Source of the DNA: Amphiscolops sp. MND2022
Lineage: Eukaryota
NCBI GenBank assembly: GCA_964187785.1
Contig: OZ076421.1
Location: forward strand, 27,962,001 to 28,026,000
Reading direction: 5' to 3'
DNA: 64,000 nucleotides
This document shows positions 38,001 to 53,000 of this stretch, in pieces; the first letter of the stretch is position 1, and the number at the start of each line of letters is the position of its first letter. Position numbers and translations under genes: made by a program. The notes under the pieces were generated by a model, which did no database searches, had not been told where the DNA came from, and saw nothing but the letters and a program-made list of their open reading frames with translations.

Positions 38001-41000
38001 TGATATCAAACCTGGTAAGGTGATTCGTTATTATCACGGAGATGCTGAAGAGACAGCTGAAGCTCGGGTCTTGAGTCGTGCTGGAAAAGCAAATGAAAAA
38101 CACTGTCATTGGTTCAATATTGAGTACTTGAAACCGGAGGATTTATTGGGCACGAGGGGATCGTTTGATGTATCGAAAAGCGTTGAAAATGTGAGTGAAT
38201 CAGAGATTGCGTTGATCACGGATAACACATTTGTCACAAATGAATCGGATGAATTCATTGCTGAGAAGCTGAGTGAGTTGCAGAATTGGCTGCGTTTTGA
38301 TGTGTATGAAGTTGTCGAAAATACCGGTCAGAAGGTTATAACGGCGCGCTGGGTATGTACGTCAAAAGATGGCTTGAAAAAGGCCAGACTGGTGGCTAAA
38401 GGATACCAGGATGCTGATATCGAAACACTGGTATAGGATTCACCAACATGTTCTAGAGACTCAGTACGAACTCTAATGCCAATTCCCAATGCCAACAAGA
38501 TCTGGTTTACTGGAGTTTCGGACATCAAAACTGCATTTCTACAAGATTTTGTCAATCGCGATGTCTTTCTGAAGCCTCCAAAAGAATCCGGAACCGACTA
38601 TATATGGAAATTGAAGAAGGCCGTAGATGGTCTATCAGATGCTCCACGGAAATGGTTTGAGAGATCAAATCCGAACTGATCAAGTCAGGATGTACTCAAA
38701 CCGATGGCGACGAATGCGTTTTTGTACATCATGAAGATCAAGTTTTAAGCGGTTTTTTGACTATTCACGTTGGCGATATTTGGTGGGCTGGTAGTCAGAA
38801 ATTCAAGGAATCTGTTATAAAGCACATTCATAATGTGTTTTTGGTCAAGGAAACCGCTGATCTTCCTTGCAAATACCTTGGAGTAACGATGGGAACACTC
38901 AAGGAAAACTGGACGGTTATCGAATTGCCGGATTACTTGGACTGCTTATCAGAAATACCCGTCGCTGACCTATTATCGCACCCCAAAGACGAACTGGTGC
39001 CGTCTGAGTACATTGGTTATGCTAGGGCTCTCATAGGACAGCTAATGTGGGTAGCTGTTCGAACAAGGCCGCTCCTTGCTTACAGTGTGGCAGAAGTATC
39101 GTTAAAACTATCCTCCCTTACGGTATCTGAGTTTCTAATTCTGAAAGTTGTACGACAGCTCAGAAGTCAGTCTGGATGTAGGCTACGATCTGGGAATTTG
39201 ACTGGTGATTTTGCAAATTGGAAGCTTGTATGCTTTGCGGATGCTTCACTGGGGGATAATGCGGATGGAACAACGCAGGCTGGATATTTAGTGTTTCTTG
39301 TGGATTCTTCACCGAGACAATTTTCGGGCAACACTAGTATCTTGGCGATCCCAGAAATTGAAGCGTGTCGCAAGAAGCACTCTATGCACCAAAACCCTTG
39401 CGGCAACTGAAGCAATTGATGCCGCACTTTCTATTCAAAAGACGACTGAATTCATTTTACAGAGGAAATTATCCATTATTTGTTTATCTGAATCGAAATC
39501 ATTAGTGGCCGCTGCTTTCTCTAACAACAAAATCAATGAAAAAACGCTGCGGGTGGAAATAAGTTATTTGAAGTCCTTGATTACGTCTGGTATTTGATCT
39601 CTGAGGTTCCAACTGATTACCAGTTGGCGGATTGTTTGACAAAACGGGCCACAAAAATGTCAAATTACCTAGAAGTTGTCCTGCAGACCTGCGCATTCAA
39701 AAGTCATTTTCCTGGTATTCTGCGAGATGTATTTGGTGCCTCTGTATAGTATTTCAACATTTAGAAGTGTCTATCTTCTGCGTGAATTAATGTGGTGATG
39801 ACGTAATTCATTCATATTTCACACCTACGACCACGTAGATGATTGCCGTATCACGTGACAGGTATTACATGTACGCCTGCAATTCAATTGCTCTCAATCG
39901 CTACCTCTGCAACTCGCGCCATTATAGATGACCTATCTACTGCCAATTTGTTTGTTCACTATACATGTGTTTGTACATGTGTTGTCTGACGCCATAGATT
40001 CATCTATAGCTAAACAAATGATTTAGAGTGTTATTGTGACGATATATGATGTTTATGTGTTTCTAGATGTAATGTCCGGTGGGGTTTTTAGTATAGTCTG
40101 TTGAAGTATTAGAGTTTTTCAAAAAAGATGTAGTATTTTTTCCCAGAAACATTGAAGCCTCACTCCAGTCCTGCCAACCATTTCACAGCCAGGAACGCTT
40201 AGATCCAAGTCCACCATGCGCCGGACGTGACTGGAGCCGACAACATTGACCTTACGCATTGAGACCTTTCGAATTTTCGATATGAAACCCTTGATAAGAA
40301 TCTCGATAAACCATGGCTATCTTGTCAAGATCTTGCCATGATCTTGACAAGTTTTCCATGTATCATGATTAGCCATGATCTTGACAAGGGTACCTTGGTT
40401 AACCATACCATTATTTAGCAAGATTAACCATTATCTTGGCAAGCGTAGCGTGTCTTCTATCGCTGCGATATCAGTCTAGATATAAAGTGAAGACAATTTG
40501 ATTATACCACTTGTATAATTTGCTTCACTTGGCATATAAAAGTGTTGTTGACTTTTCATACCCCTGTTTTTGAATAAAGTCCCGGATGATGGTTGTTCTG
40601 AATGGAATTTTATTTGAAATCGATGAATCATTCCTTCAAATAATTGACTTCAAATTCTAGTTCAAAATTGTAAAGCATACATGTATCTTGGATGAATATT
40701 TCCCTCGGCATTTTGTAAATACTTTCACATGTGTTTTTTGTTTTCCCGCATCCTGTGTGTTTTTAATTGCTAGACACAAATCTTCCGGAAATAATAATTT
40801 TTCCTTTTTTAATCATTTTTTAGCTGATGAAGCGGCCTGGTCCGCCATTAGAAAAGTAGGGCTATCGGTGAGACACATTTTGGTCCGCCATAGACCCCGG
40901 ACTTACGAACCTTGAACTTTCGAAAAGAAACTACTTTTTTTGGAACTTTGTACCAAAAGTTGTCCTTACAAAAGTAACACTCGATTGTCAAGTAACTAAT

Positions 41001-44000
41001 TACCAAGTAACTAACTTGCAAACCCTTCAACCTGCTAGTCTCAGCTTGATCCACGATTGATCGTCATTCCCCGGTTAGCTCTTTCCATTTTACAACTTAA
41101 AGGCATTTCGTTTTTTCGAAGGTGAAAAAACTGTGGATCCCCCTGATAGTTTGTCCTTTATTATTACTTCCTAAAATTTTGGATACCGATAGTCACATTT
41201 TTACGAAGTCTCTGATCGACCTTCAGCTTACCCCTAGCAAACCGAAAACTTCACTCATGATAATTGTTACCGGTGCAAGTTCACTAAAACGAGCTTTACA
41301 AAACTTGGATTTTGATAACCGAAATCCCCTTGGGAACTCTATCACAGCCATTCCTTCTTTGAGCTTGAACCCCTATGTTCAAAGTGATACGCTCAAATTG
41401 TCTTTACTACTGGATCATGGTATTCCTAAAAATACGAATCAATTAGTTATTTGGCATGACATTCTGAACAACTCCTTGACTCCCCATAAATCAAATAACA
41501 ATACAGCTCTTACCCCTAAAGAATTAGCAACTGAATTATTAAAATATAAATCACGTATAACAGCCTTAGTCTATTGTGAACGTATTGGTGCACCCCATGC
41601 ATTTGATGATCTTCGTGATCAAGATTTCATTGTTATTCGAGTCACAGAAAATCTTCTTTCTCGTAGAAAACAATGATATTCCTCTTTTGAATGAATATTC
41701 CCGACTTCATCCAGTAGCGGATATTGAATTAAAGTCTTTGTTCATTGTTTTGGAGCACCGAAACAATCTTAAAGCTTTATCCCAAAATACAAGAAGTCCC
41801 AGCAAGAAACCTTCTCAAAGGAAAAGAAGATTGAAGAAGCTTTTAGCAGAGTTTGAAGTCAACTTAACGTTAGAAGTTTTTTATTTCATCCTGTGAGTTG
41901 AGTTCGGTGTGGTCACTGGACGATTAGCTCATCGGTGGCCTATCCGACTCGACTTTGAGGATTATTTACTTTGTTTATTGTTCGTGATAGTGTTGTATTG
42001 TAATCTGAAAAATGTCTGTAACTGAAAGTAGTGCTTCCGTACAACCAGCCACTGAAGATAGAAAACTTACTCGCATCCGAGGTGGTCACAAAGGTGCTTT
42101 CACTAGATTGGAACAGAAAGTTGATGAATTTACGGTCACTGCTATTGACTCTTCAACTAAATTGTTTCAAGTTGAAGCTTTGCTGAAGACATTACAAGAT
42201 AGAATTGCAATGATTCACAAGTTTGATGCGGAAATTGAATTATTGATAGAAGATGAAGATGATTTAGCCAATGAACTAGAACAGCAAACGGAGTTTCATG
42301 TTTCTGCTAGTGTTACCATCGCTAGATTGTCTGCATTGATTGAGAATTACAAAAAAGAACGCGATAGACCTCCCCGTGAGTTTTCAACAGACTCTTCTCC
42401 ATCAAGCTCTGCCGCATCGAGTAGATTGAAGTTGCCTAAACTTCAGTTACCAACATTCACTGGATCATACACTGACTGGATGAGTTTCTTTGACCTATTC
42501 AAGGCCTCCGTCGTTTCTAATACGCATCTCTCCAATTCAGAGAAACTGAACTATTTGAAAGCCTGTGTGAAGGGTGAAGCAGCGAGACTCATTAGTTCAA
42601 TCTCGATAACTGACGCAAACTATAATATTGCCTTTGCATTGTTGAAAGATCGATATGAAAATAAAAGGAGCATCATTCAAGCTCATTTGGAAGCAATTTG
42701 GTCGCAGCCGGTTTTGAAAACTGAATCCGCTCTTGGATTGAGGAAACTTCTGGAACTCACCAATGAGCATTTACGAGCACTCGTTGAATTTGGTCAACCA
42801 GTAGAACACTGGAATGCAATCTTAGTTTTTGTTCTGACGGACAAGATGGATCCAGAGTCACGTAAGCAGTGGCAGCTGGATAATCCTGGCACTGACGTTT
42901 TGTCTTGGGAATTATTGTCAAGATTCCTTGACACAAGAAGCCGTGCACTCGAATCGGGTGGCCCAAAGGTCACACCGCAACCAAGTGTGACTCCTCCCTG
43001 TAACCAAGGAAATCAAACTCTGACCAAAAGGGTTCAGAATTATGCTGTTCAAGGCTCATCGTGCGAATCTTGCCAGGAGGATCATCGCCTTTACGTTTGT
43101 TCACAAATCAAAGGAACGTGTCTTGCTGATAGACATAAGTTCATAAAAGACAAAAAGCTCTGTTTCAACTGCTTCTAATCAGGACACCGTCTAATGCGTG
43201 CCGATCTAATTCACTTGTCGTGAGTGCAAAATGAAACATCACACCTTGCTTCATCGACCTCAGAAACAGCTCCCTGATCAGCGCACCTCTACAAAGACTT
43301 ATTCAAGTATGAATTCAACTTCCAACAAAATGGGAGTCTACAAAACAATTCACCACAGGGCACTTTAGTGCTGACAATGAAATTAATACTGTTCTTCTTT
43401 CTACATCTCTTGTAACAGTTCGGAATTCATCGGGAGACGCGATCAAGCTGCGGGCTCTCTTAGATTCCGGTTCACAAGCCAGTTTCGTAACAGAAGATGT
43501 TGCAAAGGCGCTCATGCTGCCAACTCAGCGCAGCCAAATGTTTCTACAATGGGTTCTTCCCATTTCCAAAAAACTCGAGGCTTATTGCCTGTGAAGTTGA
43601 ATGATACCATCGGAGTTAATCTTCATCTCATACCAAAAATCTCCAATACCATTCCTGATAAAGAAATTGACGTTTCGACCATGCGCCATGTGAACAATCT
43701 TAACTTAGCTGATCCCACTTTTAACGTTCCCAATAAGGTTGATCTCTTGCTAGGTGCAGATGTTATAGAAGACATTATGCTTGATAATAAAATAAAGGAC
43801 AACGGCTTGTGCATTCGGGATTCCGTATTCGGTTGGGTTGTGTCTGGTCCTGTGTATTCGTCTGGCAGCAACAACGTTGTGTCCCACATGACTACCACTC
43901 CGAATTGTGACTCTGACCAACTCCTTTCGAAATTTTGGGAAATAGAAAGTGTCCCCGAAACTAGACACTTAACTTTGGATGAGCGTCGTTGTGAAGAGCA

Positions 44001-47000
44001 CTTCGATAGCACTACAAAACGCAATGGAGACGGCTGTTTCGTAGTACAGATGCCATTTAAAGATGGACCCCACAATTTAGGTCTTTCAAAAGCGAACGCA
44101 ATGAAGCGTTTCATTCGTCTCGAATACACTTTGCGCCATAATGTCGACCTTTTTCGAAAGTATTCAGCTTTCATTCAAGAATTCATTGACCTTGGACACT
44201 TGGACACTTGGAGAAGGTCCAACCCGGGGAGATTAATAATTCTCCAAACTTCTACTTGCCTCATCATTGCGTGCTGAAAGAAGATAGTACAACCACCAAG
44301 TTGCGTGTTGTATTTGACGCTAGTGCTAAAACGACAACTGGTTTTTCACTTGATGATTGTTTGCTAGTTGGTCCCAAACTTCAAGATGATTTGTTCAATA
44401 TTCTCGTACGATTCCGTTTCTTCAAGATTGCTTTATCAGCTGATGTAGCGAAGATGTATCGGCAAGTTGAGCTGGATAAAGCCGATCGAGACTTTCATCG
44501 GATCCTCTGGAGATTTACAGCTGATGGTCCGGTTGAAACCTTACGCATGACCCGAGTTACATATGGCGTAGCTTCCTCATCGTATCAATCAATCCGATCT
44601 TTGCGAGAATGTGCCAATTTGTCAGAAGTATCCACTGAGGTTCAAAGAGCTATATTGAGAGATTTTTATGTTGATGACATTCTCACTGGCGCCAATTCGA
44701 TCGATGAAGCTCGAATACTCCAAAAGCAATTAGTAGAAACTCTTAAACGAGGAAGATTCGATCTCCGCAAGTGGACTTCGAACGAATCAAGCATTATCTT
44801 AGACCTTCCGCCCGAGTATCGCGAAGCAAATGATAACTTGGAGTTTTTAGACAAAGACCATACAATAAAAACGCTCGGTATTGTTTGGCAACACAGCGAA
44901 GATCGCTTCGTTTTTAAGGTTTCCCACATCGAAAAGGAAAACTTTAAAGCAAAGGTTTTGACCAAAAGACAAATGCTCAGTGACATTTCAAAGACTTTCG
45001 ACCCATTGGGTTGGTTGTCACCAGTTACCATTTTCTTGAAACAGTTAATGCAAAGGGCTTGGGAAGCAAAAATTTCATGGGATGATCACCTCCCTTCCGA
45101 ACTTGCCGACCGATATTTGAAGTGGAGAACGAAATTGATCTCTTTAAAGGATGTGGAATTGCAACGATTCGTATTACTTGATGGATTTTCGAACAAGATT
45201 GAGTTGCATCTCTTCTGTGATGCATCAGAAAGGGCTTTTGCCGCTTGTATTCATATTGTTGCCACAGATTCCCATGGCAGGCGGAAGTCATCCCTGCTTG
45301 TTGCCAACACCAAGGTAGCCCCCGTGAAAACACAATCTGTTCCGAGATTAGAATTATGTGCTGCTTTGCTAGGCACTAGGTTATATCAATCTGTCATCAA
45401 GTCTATTGGTCAAACGCCAGTTGTTACTGAAGAAACCTTCGCGTGGACTGATTCAACAATAGTTTTGTGTTGGTTGTCAAAAGAACCATCTTGCTGGTCA
45501 ACTTTTATTTCAAACAGAATTAGTGAAAATCAAAGTGAAAACAAATTGAATTGGAATCATGTGTGTTCAGAGGAGAACCCTGCGGATCCTGCATCTCGAG
45601 GAATTAACCCTGACGAAATAAACCAACATGACCTATGGTGGAATGGTCCGAAGTGGTTACTAACAGGTGAATTTCCGAAAACATTGTCAATTGTTGAAAC
45701 ATCTGAAGAGTTGATAAAGTCGACTCTAACAACAGGAATTACCAGTCTTCAAACCTCTGTGGCTCACAGGGATACCAAAAAGGATGTTATTGATTTGTCG
45801 AGGTTTAACTCCTTATACAAAGTCCTCCGAATTCTTGCTTACGCTAGACGTTTTATTGACAAACTGAAGAAGAACGTGGTTGTTTTACCAAATTAGATTA
45901 CTGCCCCAGAGTTAACAGAGTCAATCATAATTTTGATTCGCCAAGAACAAAAGAAACGATATTCGGAAGGAATCCGAACTTCTAGAAATTGCACAACAAG
46001 TTAAGCCCAAGAGTCAAATCTGCAAATTATACCCGTTTCTCGATAATGGCATTCTTTGTGTCGGAGGAAGATTAGTACATGCAAAGTTGCCCGAAGAAAG
46101 CAAGTTTCAAAGACTAATTCCTCAAGACAGTCACCTCGCACGTCTAATTGTATTGAATTCTCACCAGCTGACACTCCATGGTGGGACTAGTCAAACAATT
46201 GCTCACAATAGAACTCGTTTCTGAGTTCCCAGTTGTAGAAATTTGGTTCGAAAAATGATAATGAATTGTGTCAATTGTAATCGCTTCAACTCGAAGCCAG
46301 TTTTCCCCTTGATGGGAGATCTTCCAAAGACAAGAGTTGACCCTCCTATAAAAGCCTTTGAGGACGTGGGCCTAGACTTTGCTGGTCCTTTCCTTTGTAG
46401 GAAATCTCCGAATTCTCTTGAGAAATCCTACCTAGCACTTTTTGTGTGCTTTGCCAGTAAAGCAGTTCACCTGGAACTAGTCTCCGATCTTAGTACAGCA
46501 GCATGTATTGCAGCCATTAGAAGATTCGTTTCTCGCAGAGGTTGTCCTAAAAATCTTCATAGTGACAATGGGAAAAATTTAGTTGGTTCGGAGAAAGAAA
46601 TAGCAGACCTGCAAAAGATATTAAGGAATGAACACTGTGACTCCTTGCAGGCTGAAGCAGCAGGCTTGCACATCAAGTGGTTCTTCATCCCTCCAAGAGC
46701 TCCTCACTTTGGTGGCCTATGGGAATCAGCAATCAAGTGTGCAAAGATACATCTCCGAAAAGTTATGGGAAACAAAGTTCTGTCCTTTGAAGAATTATGT
46801 ACTCTACTCTGTCAAATCGAAATGATTTTGAATTCAAGACCAATCTGCCCATTATCAGAAGATCCAAATGATTAGTTTTTCTTAACTCCTGCTCATTTCT
46901 GCTTGGGTGGAAAGTTGGAGAATCTACCCTTGAGCCAAACTACCAATGATTTGAAAAACCCTGACAGTACACATTCACCCACAAGAAGATGGATACAAAT

Positions 47001-50000
47001 ACAAAAAATGGTCTCTCATTTTTGGAAAAGATGGGTCAAAGAATATGTACTCTCCCTGCAAGAAAGAAATAAATGGAGACTAGAAACTTCTAATTTGAAA
47101 GTTGGTGATATTGTTTTTGTAATTGATGACAATGTTCCCCCACTACAGTGGCCATTGGCTAAAATCCAACATGTCTACACCGGCCCAGACAAGTTTGTGA
47201 GAATCGTAAAAATAAAAACCGCTACAGGAATCTACAATCGACCGGTGCATAAATTGAAGAAAATGTTTGATGCTATTTTCAATGATGATTTCAAATGATT
47301 TTGTTCCCTAACCTTATATTTCTTTTACTGTGCCTTATTTTATTGCGCTTGCGTGTTCAACGCTCTTGTTAATTTCTTCCCTGCGAAATCAAGGCAGGCG
47401 GTGTTATGTTCTGAATGGAATTTTATTTGAAATCGATGAATCATTCCTTCAAATAATTGACTTCAAATTCTAGTTCAAAATTGTAAAGCATACATGTATC
47501 TTGGATGAATATTTCCCTCGGCATTTTGTAAATACTTTCACATGTGTTTTTTGTTTTCCCGCATCCTGTGTGTTTTTAATTGCTAGACACAAATCTTCCG
47601 GAAATAATAATTTTTCCTTTTTTAATCATTTTTTGACTGATGGAGCGGCCTGGTCCGCCATTAGAAAAGTAGGGCTATCGGTGAGACACAATGGTTATTT
47701 CAAACGAATTTTTTTCATGAAATGTACAAATTCTAGTAAATAATCAAGTTGAAAGAGTTTGAAAGCGTTGTTTTGTTTTTTTTTAAAGATTTTTATGGAG
47801 AATATTACAGCAAATTTTGAATATTATCTCTATGTGTTTGGATGGGAGATAATCTCGACATGAGAGCTTTCTGTTTTCAAACTCCAAGAGCGTATTTTGA
47901 TTTTCATTAGTTTTTTGTTCTTTCAAACCAAACCATCAGGCTTCAGAAATAATTCTATGGTTCATCTTAATACATGTAAAGAAACAAATTTTGATTTTGT
48001 TGAACGTATAATTGTTTGATTGCTTGAAAGAAAGAAAACACAAAGCTGTAAATTTGCTTTTTTCTAAATGATTGTTTTGGGAGCAATAGAAGCAACAGAA
48101 GCTAGTCAATCTTGATGAAATTAAAAATAATGAATCGAAAACATGAAAAGTTGAAAATTTCGTCAGTGAAACGTGCTCAGATTTGATTCGTTCACGTTGA
48201 ATGGAATGCATTCAGAAAGCGTATCGGAATTTATCTATAGCAACAATATATTCCCCGGTCTTCAAAATCAGATTGTGATGTCTCGCACATTTTATGGAGA
48301 TGATGAGGGCAGAGCTGCGACTGTGCGCGCTCCACGAAAGGGGGTGTTAAAGCAAGAGCACCATCGCGAGCGAAGAGGAGGAAGGGTTCAAGGTAGCAGA
48401 ATTCCTTCATTTGAGGAATTTTTCCAATGGTCACAGGGGGTCACAATTGAGAAGTAAAGCACAAGACAGTAGATGAGGTATTAGCAGGAAGAACAGAGCC
48501 GACAATTACAGATAAGGTGGAGTTTTGCTTGTCGCAGAGTGTCCTTGTTGAATGCTTGCTTAGTGTGAAGGTTCTGTGGCCTTGAGTCTCTGTGCGCAAT
48601 CGCTTGATGAATTCTAGTACATGTTATAGAATGCGAAGTACACGGACGAAGTTACTGAATTTGTGAATAACTATCAGATCAATTGGATTTGAAGTCACAA
48701 CAAGCGATTGTGTAGTGGCTGCTTTCTTGTTATGTCGAGTAGCCCTTTCTTCGAGAGGCTCTAATGTGGGAACTGAAAGGTTTGGCCACTGGTTTTCTTC
48801 GCGTTTGAGCCAATGTGGACCCTTTGGCCCACCATAGCTTCGATTCCTTTAAATACGCCGTACTTCCTCTTGATCCGAGGTCTTGAGACAAGGTGAGCAC
48901 CTCAAGGCTCCACCCGGGGCATTGAAATGGTTTTCACTGGTGCAACTTTCGACTTAGCTGTGGGCAAAGTGACTGTCACGTTTTTCGTGACGTCGGTCAC
49001 TCGCACATATATGACAGCGGCGTAAGCCTTCTTAGAAGCATCTGAGAATGCATGCAATTGAATGGACTGTACAGCATTTGTGACCAATGCGCGAGGTATT
49101 TCGAGATTTTGAAGGTTCGAAAAGTCTTGATGGAGCATCTGCCAACTCGATTGTATCTCTTCTGAGAGAGGTTCGTCCCACTTGAATCCAAATTTGTTGC
49201 TTAAGGCATTTAAAATTGACTATTGCCGGACAGTCTGCCCATCGGGTCAAAAAGTTTGGATACTGTTGACAGAAAGGTTCTCTTCGTGGTTGTTTTTATA
49301 TCGTCTAGCGTTATCGTTAAGCAAAAACTGTCCTGATTAGGTTTCCAGACGACGCCCGAAGTTTTGATTTTGTAATCATTGGAAAAGAGTTCCAATTCAT
49401 TGGGAGATTCTCGAAGTTTCGTCGAGTTGTGTTATGAGGGTTGCATCATTTGAAGTCCATTTCCTGAGATGGAATCCGTAATTCATCAGTTCACTACAAA
49501 GATGAGTAATCAATTTGACTAGCATCATCGTGTGTGTTGGCACCATCCGGAAAATCATCAACATGAAACGAGTGTCTGATGTGATAACTAATGGGATTGT
49601 CGGAACGTTCAGCCACTTCAACAAGAGCTTGAGTGGACTGAAATGCAGAAGAAGCGATACCATAGGTGACTCTGTTCATGCGAAAATGCTTGATTGTATC
49701 TCTGTCATTTTCTCGCCACAGAATACGATGGAAGTCTCTGTCGTTCTCTGAAAGCTCAATTTGACGATACCTTTTCGCAATGTCCGCCGACAAGGCAATT
49801 GGAAAGAGTCTGAATCTGGTGATAATGGAAAACAGGTCATCTTGAGTTTTCGGGCCGACAAGCAATATATCATTGAGCGAAACTCCGTTTTAGGTCTTTG
49901 CCGAGCCATCAAAGACTACGCGTTATTTTGTTGTAGTTGACTCATCTTTGAAAACACAGTGGTGAGGAAGATATTACACCTGATCAACTGGTTTCTGAAT

Positions 50001-53000
50001 TTGTTGTGTAGGGGCTACTTCCAAGCGACCCTTGTGTAGAAGTTCGTTTATGGAAGCTTTATAGTGTTTTTCGAGTCAGAATTGTTTTTAGACGGTTTTC
50101 GAGATACTGGAATCTCCTCGCTGCTTGAGAAATCTCCCAAGGTAACATCGTCCTTAAATGAAGCTTCACATTGAACCAGTTACTTGAATAGACTGTGGTG
50201 ACTACGAAGTGTGACTCACATTTAGATTCTTCAAGAGTGAGGTCTTTTGCCTTAGGAATTTCCTCTATATCCTAGAATTTCCGAATATCTTTCAATTGAA
50301 GCATGCAGACAATGTGAAGCAGTGAGACTTGGCTGCGTACTATCTTGCTCACTAGTACCAGATATGTTCCACCCAAAGCTGGTGTTACGCGCAAAGAGTC
50401 CTTGAGAAAGTTTTTAAGTGCCAACTACTTGCTCGTAAACATCTGCACCCAGTATCATATCAATTTTCCTTGAAGTGTTAAATTGAGGGTCTGATAGTTT
50501 GATCTTACCCACGTCTTTCAAAGCCAGAACTACCTAAGGAATGCTTGGCAGCATGCCAGTGAGTCGCTTCATCACAAAGGCAGTTGTGTTGAGTTTATCG
50601 TCTCTGTTCAGTCTTGAGGTAATTTCCACCAGTTGATTGATGGTTTGTGAGAAGGCCCCGCCGATCCCACCGAGTTTCAAGTCTGTCTTTTTCGGATGTC
50701 AACCCAATCGTTGAGTGCATTCGTGTGTGATAAAAGTTGCTTGCGAACCGGTATCTAGTAACGCTCTACGGTAGATAACTTCTTCACCTTTACCCTCGAC
50801 TGGTACCATAGCTCTACGTAAGACTGTTGTCTCACAAAATGCCCTGGTTGGACCGAAACATCATTTGGTGGTCGGAATTGTGCTAGTAGCATTGGTTTCC
50901 AAGTGAAGCAAGGTATGATGTTCTCTTTGACATGTTTTACAGCGAGAAGGAGACTTACATGACTTTGTACTGTGTCCATGGCGTAAACAGTTAAAGCAGA
51001 GACCTTTCTCCTTAACAAGTTTTCTCTCCTTGACATCGAGTCGACAGAAGGTATCGTCTCGGTTTGGCTGCTGCGAGCGCTCGAGACCTACTCGCCAAGA
51101 ACTTGCAGAGATCTTTCATGCTTTGGGTTTCATCCCTGGAGCAATGGAGTTCCCATTGACGCCTTGTTTCGGGATCCAATTCCTTTGTAATGGTATAAAT
51201 CCAAATAGGATCGCATTCGTCAACCTTCAGCCTCAGTGTGGAGTGGGCCATATAATTTTCCAGAAAGCAGGCCGTCAGTTTATTCAATTGTTCAGTTGAT
51301 TCCTGACGAATCTCAGGAAATTCCATGATTGCTTGCAAATGTGCGTGTTTAATGAAACGCTCATCATAGCGATCCTTGAGAAGTTTCATTGCCACAGTAG
51401 TTGAGTCCGCTTGTTGGTAAATGAGCCAAAAGTTTAGCGGCCTCACCCTTCACTGACATTTTTAAATGATGGAGCTTCTGAATATCTACCAATAAGGTAT
51501 TTCATTCCCCTGTTCCAGTGAATAGATCAATAAAGGGAGTCCACTCTTCATATTTGCCATCAAAAATAGAAAGCTTCAATTGAGGTAATTCAATTCCTGT
51601 CGTGACGCGAATTGATTGGTGACTACGGTCACTTGATGAATCACTACTGAGCTGTTGAGCAGTCGCTTGAGTCCTGCACTCGTGTTCACGCTCGATTGCT
51701 TCTGTAATCAGCGCAATTGGGTGAGATATCTTATTGTCAATATCATCCATTTCGTTCATCTCAGCCTCGAATTGTTCGTCTGGATCGTCAAGCAATTGAA
51801 AGATCTCATCATTTTTCGCTTGGATAAGGCTTTTTTTGTCTAAGAATTTATTCAATGCAGCCTTGAGACGGGCGAGGTCGTCCAACGTAAGCGTTGAAAT
51901 ATCCCGTTCCAGAATGTCTTGAATGAAATTGTAGGTTTTAGTAACAATTCCGACGTGACTCGATGTAGATCTTCTTTGCTTCTGTAATTGTAAATCCTTG
52001 TCTTCTGCCATTGGTTCCCGGGTCGCGGCACCAAAATGTTGAATATATAATTGCTTGATTGCTTGAAAGAAAACACAAAGCTATGAATTTACTTTTCTTG
52101 TAAATGATTGTTTTGGCAGCAATAGCGGCAACAGAAGCTAGTTAATTTCAATGTAACCAAAAATAATGAATCAGGAACATGAACAAAAGTTGTAAATTTC
52201 GTATCTGAAACGTGCTCAGATTTGATTCGTTCACGTTGAATGAAATGCATTCAGAAAGCATCCTATTTCTCAAAAACTGTCCATACGATTTTCAGAAAAT
52301 TTTCCACAGTCAGTCTACACCCAAAGGGGTCCCTTCTTGTGCAAAGGCATCGAAATAGTATGATTGGAATGTAAGAAACATAGCCAAAATTAGCCCAAAA
52401 AAACAGCCATTTTTCGACTTTTTTCGATTTTCTCAAAAACTGTCCATATGGTTCGAACGAAATTTTTTACAGTCATTCTACACCATAGTATGGTCATATG
52501 TGTGCAATTTCAACAAATTCGTATGGTTGAGATTGGAGCGAGTCAGAAGGAAAATGACCTAAGCTGAATCCTTTACCGCATATGCGGCTCTGGTTTACAG
52601 TACCCTTCAACTGTATGGATGCCATGTATTATTCAACCGATACGTTTCCCTTGGCGAAGGTTGTTCAAGAAAGCAAAGCTCGACCTAAAAAAAACTAAGT
52701 ACGGTCCAAGTCGGCGCACCACTTCAAGGCTCAAAAAGAACAAAGTGTTTGAAGTATGCTCGGGACATTTTTCAAAAAATTCTCAAAGCTCTGCCAAAAA
52801 GTTACAGGTTCAAAAAATGCGTTTTCCTAAAATTGTTGTAAAAAACCTATTGATCTGAAAGGGTCTTCCTTTTTAGCGTGTTAGTTCGATTCAACATTTG
52901 CGTTCTTCGGAGACTGTAGAAGAGATTACTTGGCACTTTGAAGTCCTTTTGCTATTTTTGAGCCTTAGATATGGCGCCGACTTATGCCGTTCCCGACTTG

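Noticed and set aside
41660-41680. Programmed ribosomal frameshift in ORF0
   Set aside because: No X XXY YYZ slippery heptamer, and the paralogue is continuous; a single indel explains it.
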